Source of the DNA: Myxococcota bacterium
GTDB taxonomy: Bacteria > Myxococcota_C > UBA6777
Assembly (NCBI GenBank): GCA_023150835.1
Contig: JAKLKB010000041.1
Span: 810-64,809, forward strand
DNA: 64,000 nucleotides
Reading direction: 5' to 3'
The notes below the pieces were generated by a model. It was not told where the DNA came from. It saw only the letters and a program-made list of their open reading frames with translations, and searched no databases. The position numbers and the translations under genes were made by a program. Positions 27,977 through 37,473 of this stretch are shown in pieces. The first letter of the stretch is position 1. Each line of letters opens with the position of its first letter.

Positions 27977-28521
27977 GATCCACGCTCCAACAAATCCACG
28001 CCTTCTTGCCCATCCGTCGAATGAAATCGCACCTTGATCACTTCGCTGCGACTGGTCTGGATCGCTCTCCCCACATAATCCGCTTGAATCGGTAGCTCTC
28101 GATGCCCCCGATCCACCAACACTGCCAAACGGATCAACGATGGACGCCCTAGATCCATCAAAGCATCCAGCGCCGCACGCGCTGTTCGCCCCGTATACAG
28201 GACGTCATCACACAACACCAACTCCCGATCATGGATATCCACAGGAACCTCCGTTCGACGCACGATCGGCTGCACACCGATCTCCGTCAAATCATCCCGA
28301 TACAACGTGATATCCAACTTGCCAACAGGTAGCTCGACTCCCTCATAGTGCTTGATCAGCTTCGACAAATGCTCCGCCATCGGGATCCCTCGCGTATGAA
28401 TCCCCACCAACACCACTCCCTCCAACCGATCGCTCCGCTCGATGATCTCGTGCGCCATCCGATTCACCGCACGATTGATCTCCCCTTCATCCATCAGCCT
28501 CTTCTTCCAACGCAGTTCCAT
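27973..28521 (-). CDS. pyrR: Pyrimidine operon regulator / uracil phosphoribosyltransferase
   Basis: RMAHEIIER, GIHTRG, LDITLYRDD, DDVLYTGRT, DRGHRELPI; GGAGGG RBS before ATG 28521. Confidence 0.97.
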   Translation of the reverse strand: MELRWKKRLMDEGEINRAVNRMAHEIIERSDRLEGVVLVGIHTRGIPMAEHLSKLIKHYEGVELPVGKLDITLYRDDLTEIGVQPIVRRTEVPVDIHDRELVLCDDVLYTGRTARAALDALMDLGRPSLIRLAVLVDRGHRELPIQADYVGRAIQTSRSEVIKVRFHSTDGQEGVDLLERGS

Positions 28522-28649
28522 CAACTTCCCTCCAACATCGCCGATCTCTTCGCGATCTGATCCCTCCAACACCTCACATCATCATAAAAACAAAAACAAA
28601 AACAAAAACTTATCGCGATATCACCAGCCTCCCAAGCGATCCGCCGCAG

Positions 28650-28677
28650 AGTCTACCGAGCAGGATCTGAATGTCAA
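28650..28677 (-). promoter_or_regulatory. Putative sigma70 promoter of pyrRBC
   Basis: Minus strand reads TTGACA-16 nt-TAGACT. Confidence 0.6.
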
Positions 28678-28919
28678 TCTTCTTCTAGGGCAGTATCATT
28701 ATGAGTCACTTGAGACAAGTGAGACGAACGCACGTATCACGTCCAGATGAAAACCTAAGTCATTGAAAAAAAATGTCTTTTTGTTTTTGAATCGCTCATC
28801 CAAACAGAAATCGTGCGCTTGATCACACTCTGCGATCGCAGGATCGGCGGTGGCTTGTTTGCACAAGCAAAGATTGCTTCTTCATCGAATTTATTTAGAA
28901 AAAATAAAAAATTCCATTC

Positions 28920-28934
28920 TGGTACAATTCATGC
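28920..28934 (+). promoter_or_regulatory. Putative sigma54 (-24/-12) promoter
   Basis: TGGTAC-AATTC-ATGC gives exact GG-N10-GC spacing; preceded by an AT-rich tract and palindromes. Confidence 0.6.
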
Positions 28935-28945
28935 CCTATCGCCAA

Positions 28946-29467
28946 ACGCCAGCAACGAAGCGGCCACATCAGCAACGACAAAACATACAAAGCAACACAC
29001 CCAAACAACAACGGTTTGCGCAACGGTACAACAACAAGACTTCACAACCAAAGTACCCGCACCAAGAAAAACATCTGAGACTCCTCAGCACCACAACAAG
29101 CCTTCACACCCGTATGTTTCGTCGTGCACCATATCGAAGCGACCCGCATCCACAACAGCATTTCACAAACCAAACACAACAGTGAAAACATCCGTGTCGC
29201 CTTCGTCTCCGCCCATAACAAAGCTCTCTGTTCTCAAACAGCCTGATCTTCTTCTTTGATCTTGACCTCCAGATGGATCAACAAAATTTGAGAACACAAC
29301 CCAACATCCTCGACATCGGTTTCGGCAGTGCAAACTCAGCGAGAAAAACAACGCCGATCCAGATCACCCACAAACATCCCCATCCGATCGCTCCAAGTAG
29401 GGTTCTTTCTACAACAATCTCATTTTAAGAAAATTCCTTTCTCAAAGAGAAAGTGTCTCTTTCTTAA
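28946..29467 (+). ncRNA. Candidate CA-rich regulatory RNA (boundaries inferred)
   Basis: Lies between the sigma54-like promoter and a hairpin; no credible ORF; many ACAAC/AACAA motifs. Confidence 0.4.
29425..29467. terminator. AT-rich inverted repeat, possible bidirectional terminator
   Basis: ttaagaaa...ctttctc-aaa-gagaaag...tttcttaa; 45 bp past the stop of the convergent HD gene. Confidence 0.4.
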
Positions 29468-29512
29468 ACATTCTCACAATGATATTTATCATGTAGAGAC
29501 GCCTTTCTGCGC

Positions 29513-31039
29513 TCATTTTAAGACAAACGTGTCTTCGACCCGAAGGAAGAGGCGATCCCATTGTTGGAGAAGGGTTTGGTGAGCGCGTTGGAGGGCGGAA
29601 GTCGTGTCATGCTGACCTTGTTCGATCTGCCAAACGCCAACTTCGCGAAGGATCATTTTGATCCATCGACCTTGGGGGGGTTCTGTGGCACCTTTTTCTG
29701 CAGCGATTTGAGCGGCGAGAGAACGGATCGCGTGTCCGTGTAGCAGGTAGGGGAAGAGTAGCGGTGCTTCTTTGGGATCGGGATGGGGGAAGCGGAGCTG
29801 ATGAGCGTGATCGCTCACCCAAAAAGCGATCGGTTGATCGAGGGGAGGCCAAACGCTTTCGAGAGGAACAAGGAGAGCATTCAGCCACACGCTATTGGAA
29901 AGCGTCGTTCGTGCGCACATTGCGAGGTGTTGCAAGCGGCGCAGATGCTGGCGGGCCTGTTCTTGGGTTTGGAGCAGAGCGTGCTGTTGCGCCCACAAAA
30001 GATGCTCTTGTAAGACGGTGAGTGTGGATGTTGTGCTTGCCGAAGCAAGTTCTTCGTGAGAAGAGGTATGATCGGCGGGTGGGATCAGAGGCTTTGACAA
30101 AAAGATCTGGATCTCGTGGGGGGCGAGAAGGGGTTCGAGGCGTTGATCCCACCGCGCAAATTCCTGCTTGGCAAGCGCATAAAACTGACGCATCAGCCGA
30201 TCGTCGTTGTGGCCGGGTGCATGAGCCTGACGATCCGCGATCGCAAAAAGCGCCAGATCGGTGAGCATCTCAGCCCGCCGTTCGAGTTTGCGCAACAAGC
30301 CAAGCAGCTTCGGGGAAGGGGGTTCGACACGAAGATCAGCCTCGCGGATCTCCAAAACCTCGTCATGAAGCAGCACCAAGCGTTGGATATCATGACGAAG
30401 CGCATCCGCCACCCCGAGGCGCGTCAGCGCATGGTGTGCGATCTCTGCGGAAACCTTGGGATGACCGACAAAACGGATCCCGCCGTCAGGTTTGTATTGG
30501 TGACCAAGGATCGGGACTGTTTTCCCTGCATCGTGGAAAAACGCAAGCAGCACAAGACGCAAGCGCGTGATCCGAGGGGTCTCCATCTCTTCAAAGAGAG
30601 TTTGTAGGCAGCGGATGACCGAGAGCGTGTGTTCCCAAACACTTTCGTGGTGATAAAGATTCGCAGATTGCTCCAGATCCCATCCCACCGATGTCGGCGG
30701 CAGAGGAAACAAAAACGACAACAGCCGCGTTTTTCGCAGCCATCGCAAGCCGCTCTCGACACAAGGCGACGCAAAAAGCTCCGCGATCGCCGACCACCAT
30801 TGCGATCCGTGCGATACGTGTTCTTGATCCATCTGCTCGACGACTTCGGAAAATGCGTCAAGGACAAATTGCTCCAATCTTGCGTTGTGTTGTGCAGCAG
30901 CGTGGATCGCAACGATCATCGACCACGGCTCTTGCGCGATCCGCTCCCGCCATCCCTCTTTGACAGCGATCAACGATCTACTGTCTTTGTCCTCACTCCA
31001 GCCCCACCAAAGAGACCTTTCCGCGTTGTGTTTGTGCAT
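29513..31039 (-). CDS. HD-domain protein related to the C-terminal part of CCA-adding enzyme/poly(A) polymerase (start uncertain; ORF open to 31258)
   Basis: YHHESVWEHTL, FFHDAGK, FVGHPKVSAEIA, LVLLHD, ADRQAH; tail LLHGHAI..PPQGRWIKMILREV. Confidence 0.8.
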   Translation of the reverse strand: MHKHNAERSLWWGWSEDKDSRSLIAVKEGWRERIAQEPWSMIVAIHAAAQHNARLEQFVLDAFSEVVEQMDQEHVSHGSQWWSAIAELFASPCVESGLRWLRKTRLLSFLFPLPPTSVGWDLEQSANLYHHESVWEHTLSVIRCLQTLFEEMETPRITRLRLVLLAFFHDAGKTVPILGHQYKPDGGIRFVGHPKVSAEIAHHALTRLGVADALRHDIQRLVLLHDEVLEIREADLRVEPPSPKLLGLLRKLERRAEMLTDLALFAIADRQAHAPGHNDDRLMRQFYALAKQEFARWDQRLEPLLAPHEIQIFLSKPLIPPADHTSSHEELASASTTSTLTVLQEHLLWAQQHALLQTQEQARQHLRRLQHLAMCARTTLSNSVWLNALLVPLESVWPPLDQPIAFWVSDHAHQLRFPHPDPKEAPLLFPYLLHGHAIRSLAAQIAAEKGATEPPQGRWIKMILREVGVWQIEQGQHDTTSALQRAHQTLLQQWDRLFLRVEDTFVLK

Positions 31040-31592
31040 CTTGTGTCCTGCTGTACTTGCAAAGGATGACAACCGACGGGCCTGATCGATCCCGCCTGTT
31101 CTTTTTTGCACACACTCCACCCCGCCGCCAAGCCCACAACCCCCTCCAGCCTCTTGCCATCGGCCACGCTGGGCCCCAAAAAAACGAAAGCCTTCTCCCA
31201 TCAAAACAGGAGAAGGCTTGCAGCAAGAAAAAGGAGGAGAGCACGCACGAGCAACCACCGCTCACCGCACCACAAGGAGGCCCTCGTGCGGCTCTAAGGA
31301 CATTTGGGTCTATTGATGCCTGACAGCTTACCCCACGAAAGCCGCCGAAGCGAGACTCCTTATGCCCACATCCACGAGCAGGTCTACCCCATAAAAATCC
31401 ATTCGATGGCGTTCGTATCAAGCAAGCATTTGATCTCGATCAAGAGAAAACAAAAAAGGCTTGTTCAACAAGCCCTTTTCTTCCGCAAACAGCATCTCGT
31501 GCTACCCATTCAGCACAACACGAGATGCCGATCAATCCGAAGGATCAGATCTCTGGCGACCTTTTTATCGCCAGAGATCCGCGAAGCGACAT

Positions 31593-32342
31593 TTAGCGGC
31601 AGGCGTTAGCATAGCGGATTTGGCGTTTTTGCCAGCGTGTACGCCAACGTTCATAGCGTGCGCGCATCCATTGGAGGTTAGCAGCGAGTTGATGGCGTTG
31701 GGCCGTATTCAGAGTCCGATGCGCCTTCAACACCGCATCTGTACGAGTGCGTGCGATCTGCTTGAAGCGTTCGGCCCATGCGTCGATCAAAGCGTCGACT
31801 TCTTTTTTGTTGGGATGATCTTTGCGCAGAAGTTCAAGCCCTTGATCTTGGAGCTTTCGGAGCGCGTCGCGATCTTTGTAAAAGTCTTTTTGCACATCAA
31901 AGTAGATCGCCCGCAGTTCGGCGCGTTGCGAAGGATCGAGATGCACTCCTCGGAAAGCTACGGCCATCGGATTGAAGAAGCGCGCCAACAACAGCAAACA
32001 GCCGCCAAACAGCAAGACAAAGAACAAGAATCGAAGCCAGCGCCCACGACGGCAACGGTGCTTTTTCCCGTATCCTCCGCAAGGACCGCGAGAGCAACAG
32101 CCACCCTCACCTGAGAAGCCTTCTTGTTGCTGTTGCGAAGAAGAAGGCAAAGAGGGCGACTGTTGTGGAGGGGGCGGCATGATCACCACAGGCGGCACAA
32201 CGATCACGGTGGCAGGACCCGCATTTTGTTGTGTAACGTGTGCGATCTGGGCGGGTAGAGCGAGAGCTCCTTGCTCGGTGACGATCGGTTGCCCAACAGC
32301 CGGGGAGTGGATGGTATGGGGGGTATATGAATTCTGGCTCAT
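31593..32342 (-). CDS. Spy/CpxP-like (LTxxQ) protein with TM anchor
   Basis: LDPSQRAEL...EVDALID...LKAHRTLNTAQRHQL; AGGAG RBS. Confidence 0.75.
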   Translation of the reverse strand: MSQNSYTPHTIHSPAVGQPIVTEQGALALPAQIAHVTQQNAGPATVIVVPPVVIMPPPPQQSPSLPSSSQQQQEGFSGEGGCCSRGPCGGYGKKHRCRRGRWLRFLFFVLLFGGCLLLLARFFNPMAVAFRGVHLDPSQRAELRAIYFDVQKDFYKDRDALRKLQDQGLELLRKDHPNKKEVDALIDAWAERFKQIARTRTDAVLKAHRTLNTAQRHQLAANLQWMRARYERWRTRWQKRQIRYANACR

Positions 32343-32615
32343 GGCACGTCTCCTTCCTCATCGCGAGGAGTTGAGGGATACGATGGATCAAAAGACCACG
32401 AAAACACCCATCTGATGGGCGCGACCGCGTGTGCGCGCTCTCGTCGTCTTTCGTGAGCCAAAGCTACTCGGGGCTTGTTAGAAAAGTTTGTCGCAACCAA
32501 GCCTCATTTGTAAAAAAAGTTTGCGCAGCGAAGATCGAAATGACTGTTTGACGCAAACCCCGCATTCACGGCATTCACAGCAACACTGTTGTTGATTTCA
32601 GCATCCATTATCGGG

Positions 32616-32744
32616 AAAAACCCCCGTGTTCGCAGTATTCCAAGCGTCACCGTTGTTTGGGTGAAAAACGCCTGTTCGCCCCGCCAATACGGGGTCAAGG
32701 GAGCCGTGCTAAGGCAGTGGGGTGTGGGGCAATGCCCCACAAAA
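32616..32744 (+). repeat. Dispersed ~130-bp repeat, copy 2
   Basis: aaaaacccccgtgttcgc...tgaaaaac...ccgccaatacggggtcaaggg...ggggtgtggggcaatgccccac. Confidence 0.78.
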
Positions 32745-32871
32745 TCCAACCCACAAGTCGATCCTGTACGCAAAAAAACGCGGGCAGACCCACCTACGGC
32801 GAGAGAATTGACATCGCAAGATGGGTGGGTGATCTTGGGACGGACTCTTCACCGAGCAGAGGCAACAAGCG

Positions 32872-35800
32872 ATGGCAGAAACGCAGCAAGCGCTCGAACG
32901 ATTTTCCAAATCCGACTATTTGTTGGCCCGAGGGCAAGGCTCTTTTACGCGGCTGTTTCGGGCTTTTATGGATACGAGCATCGGCTTTTTCATCCGATTG
33001 TGCGTCTTTGGCGCGCTTTTTTGGATGGGGTGGACTGCCGCAAACCTCGAACCCAACGGCGATCTCTCCTTCTATTTGTTGCCTTTTATTTTGTTTTCTA
33101 TCCCTGTGTTGTTGCTTTCATCGGGCCGTTCGATGGTCGAAGCAGTACTCAACCGTGTGTTGACCTTGGCCCTCGTGGGCGTCTGGGTTTGGAGCGCACT
33201 TTGGTACTTCAAGTACCCCCAATTTGGCTATAGCGCAGTCTCCCTACTGACGGGCTTGATCTTGCTGTGTGTGCCGATCTGGCTGGCGTGGTTGCGCAAG
33301 CGCCAAGAAAGTTTTCACGCAGACAAGGCGATCTTGTTGGTCGCGTGGATTATCGGTCTTGTGATGTTGTTCGGGCTGTTGGGGCTTTTGGTGTATTATA
33401 TCGGCATCCAAAAGGCCAGTCCCGAAGCCTCTAGCTCGATCCTTGTGGCTGTGGGAACGTTCTTGTTCTTTCTGACGATCACCATCGTTCGGCTCTTTTG
33501 GATGGATGATGCCCGCAACCGCCGCGCCATGCGCATCGATCACGTCCCCCGAGGGGATGCGCTTTTGTTGCTCGAATGGTTCATCCCCCAATCGATGTAC
33601 CTTGTGATCATGATCCCTTGCCTGATCTTCGCAGAGGCCCTGTTGTTCGACACGGTGTATCGTTTTACCCGACGCCCCCAAGAAGAAACCATCCGTCGGA
33701 TGTTGCAGATGCCCACCGTCCCCAACGCAAAGCATCTTGCGCCCCAAACCAAAGCGACCAAAGACACGCTCGAAGCCCCCCCGCCCACGACGCCGCCACG
33801 CAGCCAAGCCCCGCTTAAAGCACGTTTTGGGGAATGGGTGTTGTTTGGCAGCAAGCCTTATGTGTACCCAAAGATCCGTGGCGTCGAGATCCCCGCACCC
33901 TTTTGGTTCAAATACCTTGGGCGTCTACTGCTCGGTTTGATCTTGGCCTTTTTGATCACCCAACAGCGCAATATCTGGATGCTTTTTCGATACACTTACG
34001 AATCTGCGTTGGAACTCAAACGCGCAGGCATGGAGCGCTCTCATTTTCACGAGTCTCCCGCACAACATCTGCATAAGATCCAAATGGATATGCGCGCCTT
34101 GTTGACTTATTACGGCAGCATCTGGCGGCGCATCTTTTTATACGCCACCAGCGCTCCCTTTTCGTGGCTGGGTTGGCGCTTGATCCTTGAACCCGGCCAA
34201 TCCTTTTGGTTGTTGCTCGCAAAGCTCCGACGCTTGCTTGCGCGGCGTTGGGAAAGTGGTCTGTTCTCTTCCGCGATCTTACTTGCCGCGATTACCGGCT
34301 TTTTTACTTCGCTTCAGCCTTGGCTTGCGGGTGCGTTCTATCGCAGTTTTCTTCCCACCTTTTTAAGCGGCCTCTTCATCTTCGTAATGCACCAATTCAT
34401 CGGCCTTCGCCCACCTCGCCTCCAAAACAACTGGCTTTGGCTGATGCTTCCTACGCACATCTTGCTCGCGCTACTTTTCTTTTTTCTAGCGATGGGCGTC
34501 GGAAATATGGAACATACCAGCCAACAATTCATCTGGTTTTTGTGCCAAGTGACAGCCCTTGCGTTTCCTGCGGTGTACCTGTTTGGAGGGGCGCGCCATG
34601 AAGGCCCTGCCGATCATGACGACGAAGCGGACGCCCCTGATACACGAAGAGAAGCCCGCCAGTTTTTGCTTGCGCAGCTCGCTTCGATCCCTTACCGCGA
34701 TTGGGTGGTGTCTGCTCTCACTTACCGTTTGCACTCTGTCCGAAGTGAGATCCTGACCTTGATCCTCGTCTTGCCTTCTTACTTGATCGGCTTTGTCTTT
34801 TGGCTACGAGGCGTTGTCACCACCGTCGAGGCGCGTCGCCGATGGACGATGGCCACCTTAGGCCGCGCAAGTGCCGCGTGGATCGCGCTGTTCTCCGTCA
34901 GCATCATTGTCGCCATCACCTATGAAGCCCTACAAACACACCAAGTCCCCACCGCAGAAGCCTTTGTATTGCTGCTGTTGTTGTTGCCTGCCTTCCTTTC
35001 ATGGGGTGCGGATACGCTCGTGGGACGGTGGATGCTCCGACGGCATGGGGCCTTGAACCTCTTTCAACAACAGCGACGTGATCAGATCGCCGCTGCAAGC
35101 ATCGTGGCGATCTCGTTTGCGGTCGTTGTTGCACTGCACTTGTTGCGCGGTCTCGAAGCCTCGTGGGCCGCGATCGGGGGGATGCTTTTGTATGTCCCCT
35201 TGGTCTTACCGTGGTTTACGTTGCTTGCTGTTTGGGAACGCCGCCGCGAACGCCTGCTGCACAGCCCCATTGAAACTGCATCCCACGACGACCTCCCTCC
35301 CGCACTTTACGAATCCCCCACCGCTCCTCGCAATATCGGAGACAGCCTACTGAACCGCTTTCAACTCCTCCTCCAAGAACTCGAACAGTGGCTCCAAGCC
35401 AAAACCTACCAAGTCGCCGCTGCACTCGGAAGAACCGATCAAGCCACACGCGAAGGTATGATCGACGTACTTGTCCAGTTGTTGGATGAATCCCAAAAAG
35501 CCCTTGTCAGCGGGCGTTGGTATCTCGAAGAAGAACGTGAACTCGATCGCGTCTACCAAGAATGGCTGGTCCACAGCAAAGAAGCCCACGATCACACCCA
35601 AGCCGCACGCGAACTCGCCGATTATTTCGCCCGAATACTCGACCTTTTTGGCTCGCTGATCTACGACTTGAGCCTCCCCGCCCGAAACAAATACCTCGAT
35701 CAAAGCCCCACCCGTGAACATGTCCTCGCTGCCCTCGAACGCACCCTGCTGCTCCCACACAGCCTGCACGAAGACATACCCGATACGCTTGATGCTTTGC

Positions 35801-37419
35801 GCGCCTTGATGATCCATCTGATCGAACGCGCTCCTGTCCCTCCCAAAGATGACCACGAACGCATCCGTATCTTTCGGATCATCGGCCTGATCGATGGAAA
35901 AGACAGCATCGCGTGGATGCGCGATTATCTCAAAACCAACGATGGGAAACGCCTCAAAAAAGAACTCTTGTCGGCCTGCCGTGGACAGGCTCGCCTCGCC
36001 GACTTGTTGTTTGAAGAACGCCAAAAAACCGATGAGGACGATCTGCGCCAAGCCATCGAACAAAGCCTCCTTCCGCTACGGCTTCCAACCCCTATCGCGC
36101 TCGCGTATCGGCGCTTTTTGGACGCCCAAACCCAAGAACAGCGCTTGCGTGAAACCCTCCAAACGCCCCTCCCCTCCGAAGAAGATCTCTGGGCACGCAA
36201 TGTCCGCCATGATCCCGATCGCCTCCACCTCGAACGCCGTCGCCTCGAATCCCTTCAACGTCGGGAACGCAGCCACCTCGCTATGTGGGAAGCCATGCGC
36301 GATCTCTACCACAGCACCTGTGGCTTTTTGCTCTCCGCCCTCAAAGAAAGCGCTGGCCCACGCTTGCCCGCTCTGCTCAACTTGGGATGGGAAAACAGCC
36401 AAGAACTCGATCAAACCCGTCAAGCCTTCGAAGAACAAGCGTGGGATGGCTTTGTCGAACGCCTTTTGTCTTCTCTCTTTTTGCGCTTTCACAACCCCCA
36501 AGACGCCGCCGCCTTCGACCCTCACACTCCCCCTCGCGCCCCTCGCGAGATCACTCGCCTTGCCCGACTCCTTGACAAAAAACACCTCTTGCTGATCGAA
36601 ATTGGCCTCGATCAACTCCCCCTCGTCTGGCGACGCCCCCTCCACAACCGACTCGCACAAGTCCTCTGGATGGGTGAAACTCCCAACGTCCAATTCTTCC
36701 CCCTCGACAACCCTCCCCCTCTACCCAACGATGCCGTCACTCTTTTGCGCGGCGTCCGTTGGGATCTTCACAATACTTTCCAGCCCCTTGACAGCTACTC
36801 TTACCGTTGGGGACTCGAATGGCTCGAAAAACTCGCTCATGCCGATGCCTTGCTCAAACCCGACGCCGAAACCTTGACCCCTTCAACCCCCGAACAACCC
36901 CAGCCTCCTCTTCCTGCACTCCCGCGCATCCGACGCCTCGCCCGAGTCTTTAGCCAGATCCCCGCACCTCACGCTCCCGAAGACCGCCACGTCGCCATCG
37001 CTATCTTCGATCGGATCTGGTCTCGCCTCCGTCTCCTTGAAGCCCTCCACATCGAACAACGCCAAGCCGTCCGAGGAAACGACCTGCTCAATTTCGACGC
37101 TGCCTGCACCCTCCTCGAAAACTTCTTACAAAAACACAAACAGCGCCAAATCCAGCACCTCCTCGATCTTCTCGAAGCCAACCTCCTCCCCTCCCTTCAC
37201 TTCGCTTACCTCCAGCGCGAGGACGACAACCTCGCTTGGTACCGCAAAGACACGCCCCGCGAAACCCTCGTCACCCTCAAAACCCACCCCCTCCATTCCG
37301 CCGAAGAACAACACCACAACCAACACATCCCCACCCCCGACGAACCCTTCCAAGAATACCACCCCTTCACCATCGACCAGCTCCCCGCCCTCCCCACTTC
37401 TTCTCCCCTCCTCGACTGA
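32872..37419 (+). CDS. Large polytopic membrane protein with helical C-terminal half (1515 aa), function unknown
   Basis: Long uninterrupted ORF; many hydrophobic segments in the first ~790 aa, then an L/E/R-rich helical region. Confidence 0.85.
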   Translation: MAETQQALERFSKSDYLLARGQGSFTRLFRAFMDTSIGFFIRLCVFGALFWMGWTAANLEPNGDLSFYLLPFILFSIPVLLLSSGRSMVEAVLNRVLTLALVGVWVWSALWYFKYPQFGYSAVSLLTGLILLCVPIWLAWLRKRQESFHADKAILLVAWIIGLVMLFGLLGLLVYYIGIQKASPEASSSILVAVGTFLFFLTITIVRLFWMDDARNRRAMRIDHVPRGDALLLLEWFIPQSMYLVIMIPCLIFAEALLFDTVYRFTRRPQEETIRRMLQMPTVPNAKHLAPQTKATKDTLEAPPPTTPPRSQAPLKARFGEWVLFGSKPYVYPKIRGVEIPAPFWFKYLGRLLLGLILAFLITQQRNIWMLFRYTYESALELKRAGMERSHFHESPAQHLHKIQMDMRALLTYYGSIWRRIFLYATSAPFSWLGWRLILEPGQSFWLLLAKLRRLLARRWESGLFSSAILLAAITGFFTSLQPWLAGAFYRSFLPTFLSGLFIFVMHQFIGLRPPRLQNNWLWLMLPTHILLALLFFFLAMGVGNMEHTSQQFIWFLCQVTALAFPAVYLFGGARHEGPADHDDEADAPDTRREARQFLLAQLASIPYRDWVVSALTYRLHSVRSEILTLILVLPSYLIGFVFWLRGVVTTVEARRRWTMATLGRASAAWIALFSVSIIVAITYEALQTHQVPTAEAFVLLLLLLPAFLSWGADTLVGRWMLRRHGALNLFQQQRRDQIAAASIVAISFAVVVALHLLRGLEASWAAIGGMLLYVPLVLPWFTLLAVWERRRERLLHSPIETASHDDLPPALYESPTAPRNIGDSLLNRFQLLLQELEQWLQAKTYQVAAALGRTDQATREGMIDVLVQLLDESQKALVSGRWYLEEERELDRVYQEWLVHSKEAHDHTQAARELADYFARILDLFGSLIYDLSLPARNKYLDQSPTREHVLAALERTLLLPHSLHEDIPDTLDALRALMIHLIERAPVPPKDDHERIRIFRIIGLIDGKDSIAWMRDYLKTNDGKRLKKELLSACRGQARLADLLFEERQKTDEDDLRQAIEQSLLPLRLPTPIALAYRRFLDAQTQEQRLRETLQTPLPSEEDLWARNVRHDPDRLHLERRRLESLQRRERSHLAMWEAMRDLYHSTCGFLLSALKESAGPRLPALLNLGWENSQELDQTRQAFEEQAWDGFVERLLSSLFLRFHNPQDAAAFDPHTPPRAPREITRLARLLDKKHLLLIEIGLDQLPLVWRRPLHNRLAQVLWMGETPNVQFFPLDNPPPLPNDAVTLLRGVRWDLHNTFQPLDSYSYRWGLEWLEKLAHADALLKPDAETLTPSTPEQPQPPLPALPRIRRLARVFSQIPAPHAPEDRHVAIAIFDRIWSRLRLLEALHIEQRQAVRGNDLLNFDAACTLLENFLQKHKQRQIQHLLDLLEANLLPSLHFAYLQREDDNLAWYRKDTPRETLVTLKTHPLHSAEEQHHNQHIPTPDEPFQEYHPFTIDQLPALPTSSPLLD

Positions 37420-37473
37420 GACGAAAAACCCCCTCAAAAACAAACACCTCCCTCCACCTCGCGGCTGGCAAGA

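Noticed and set aside
28813-29259. ORFs 28813..29259 and 28850..29185 as proteins
   Set aside because: T/K/Q/H/N-biased translations of CA-rich DNA with weak GTG starts and no RBS; they overlap the promoter-like elements.
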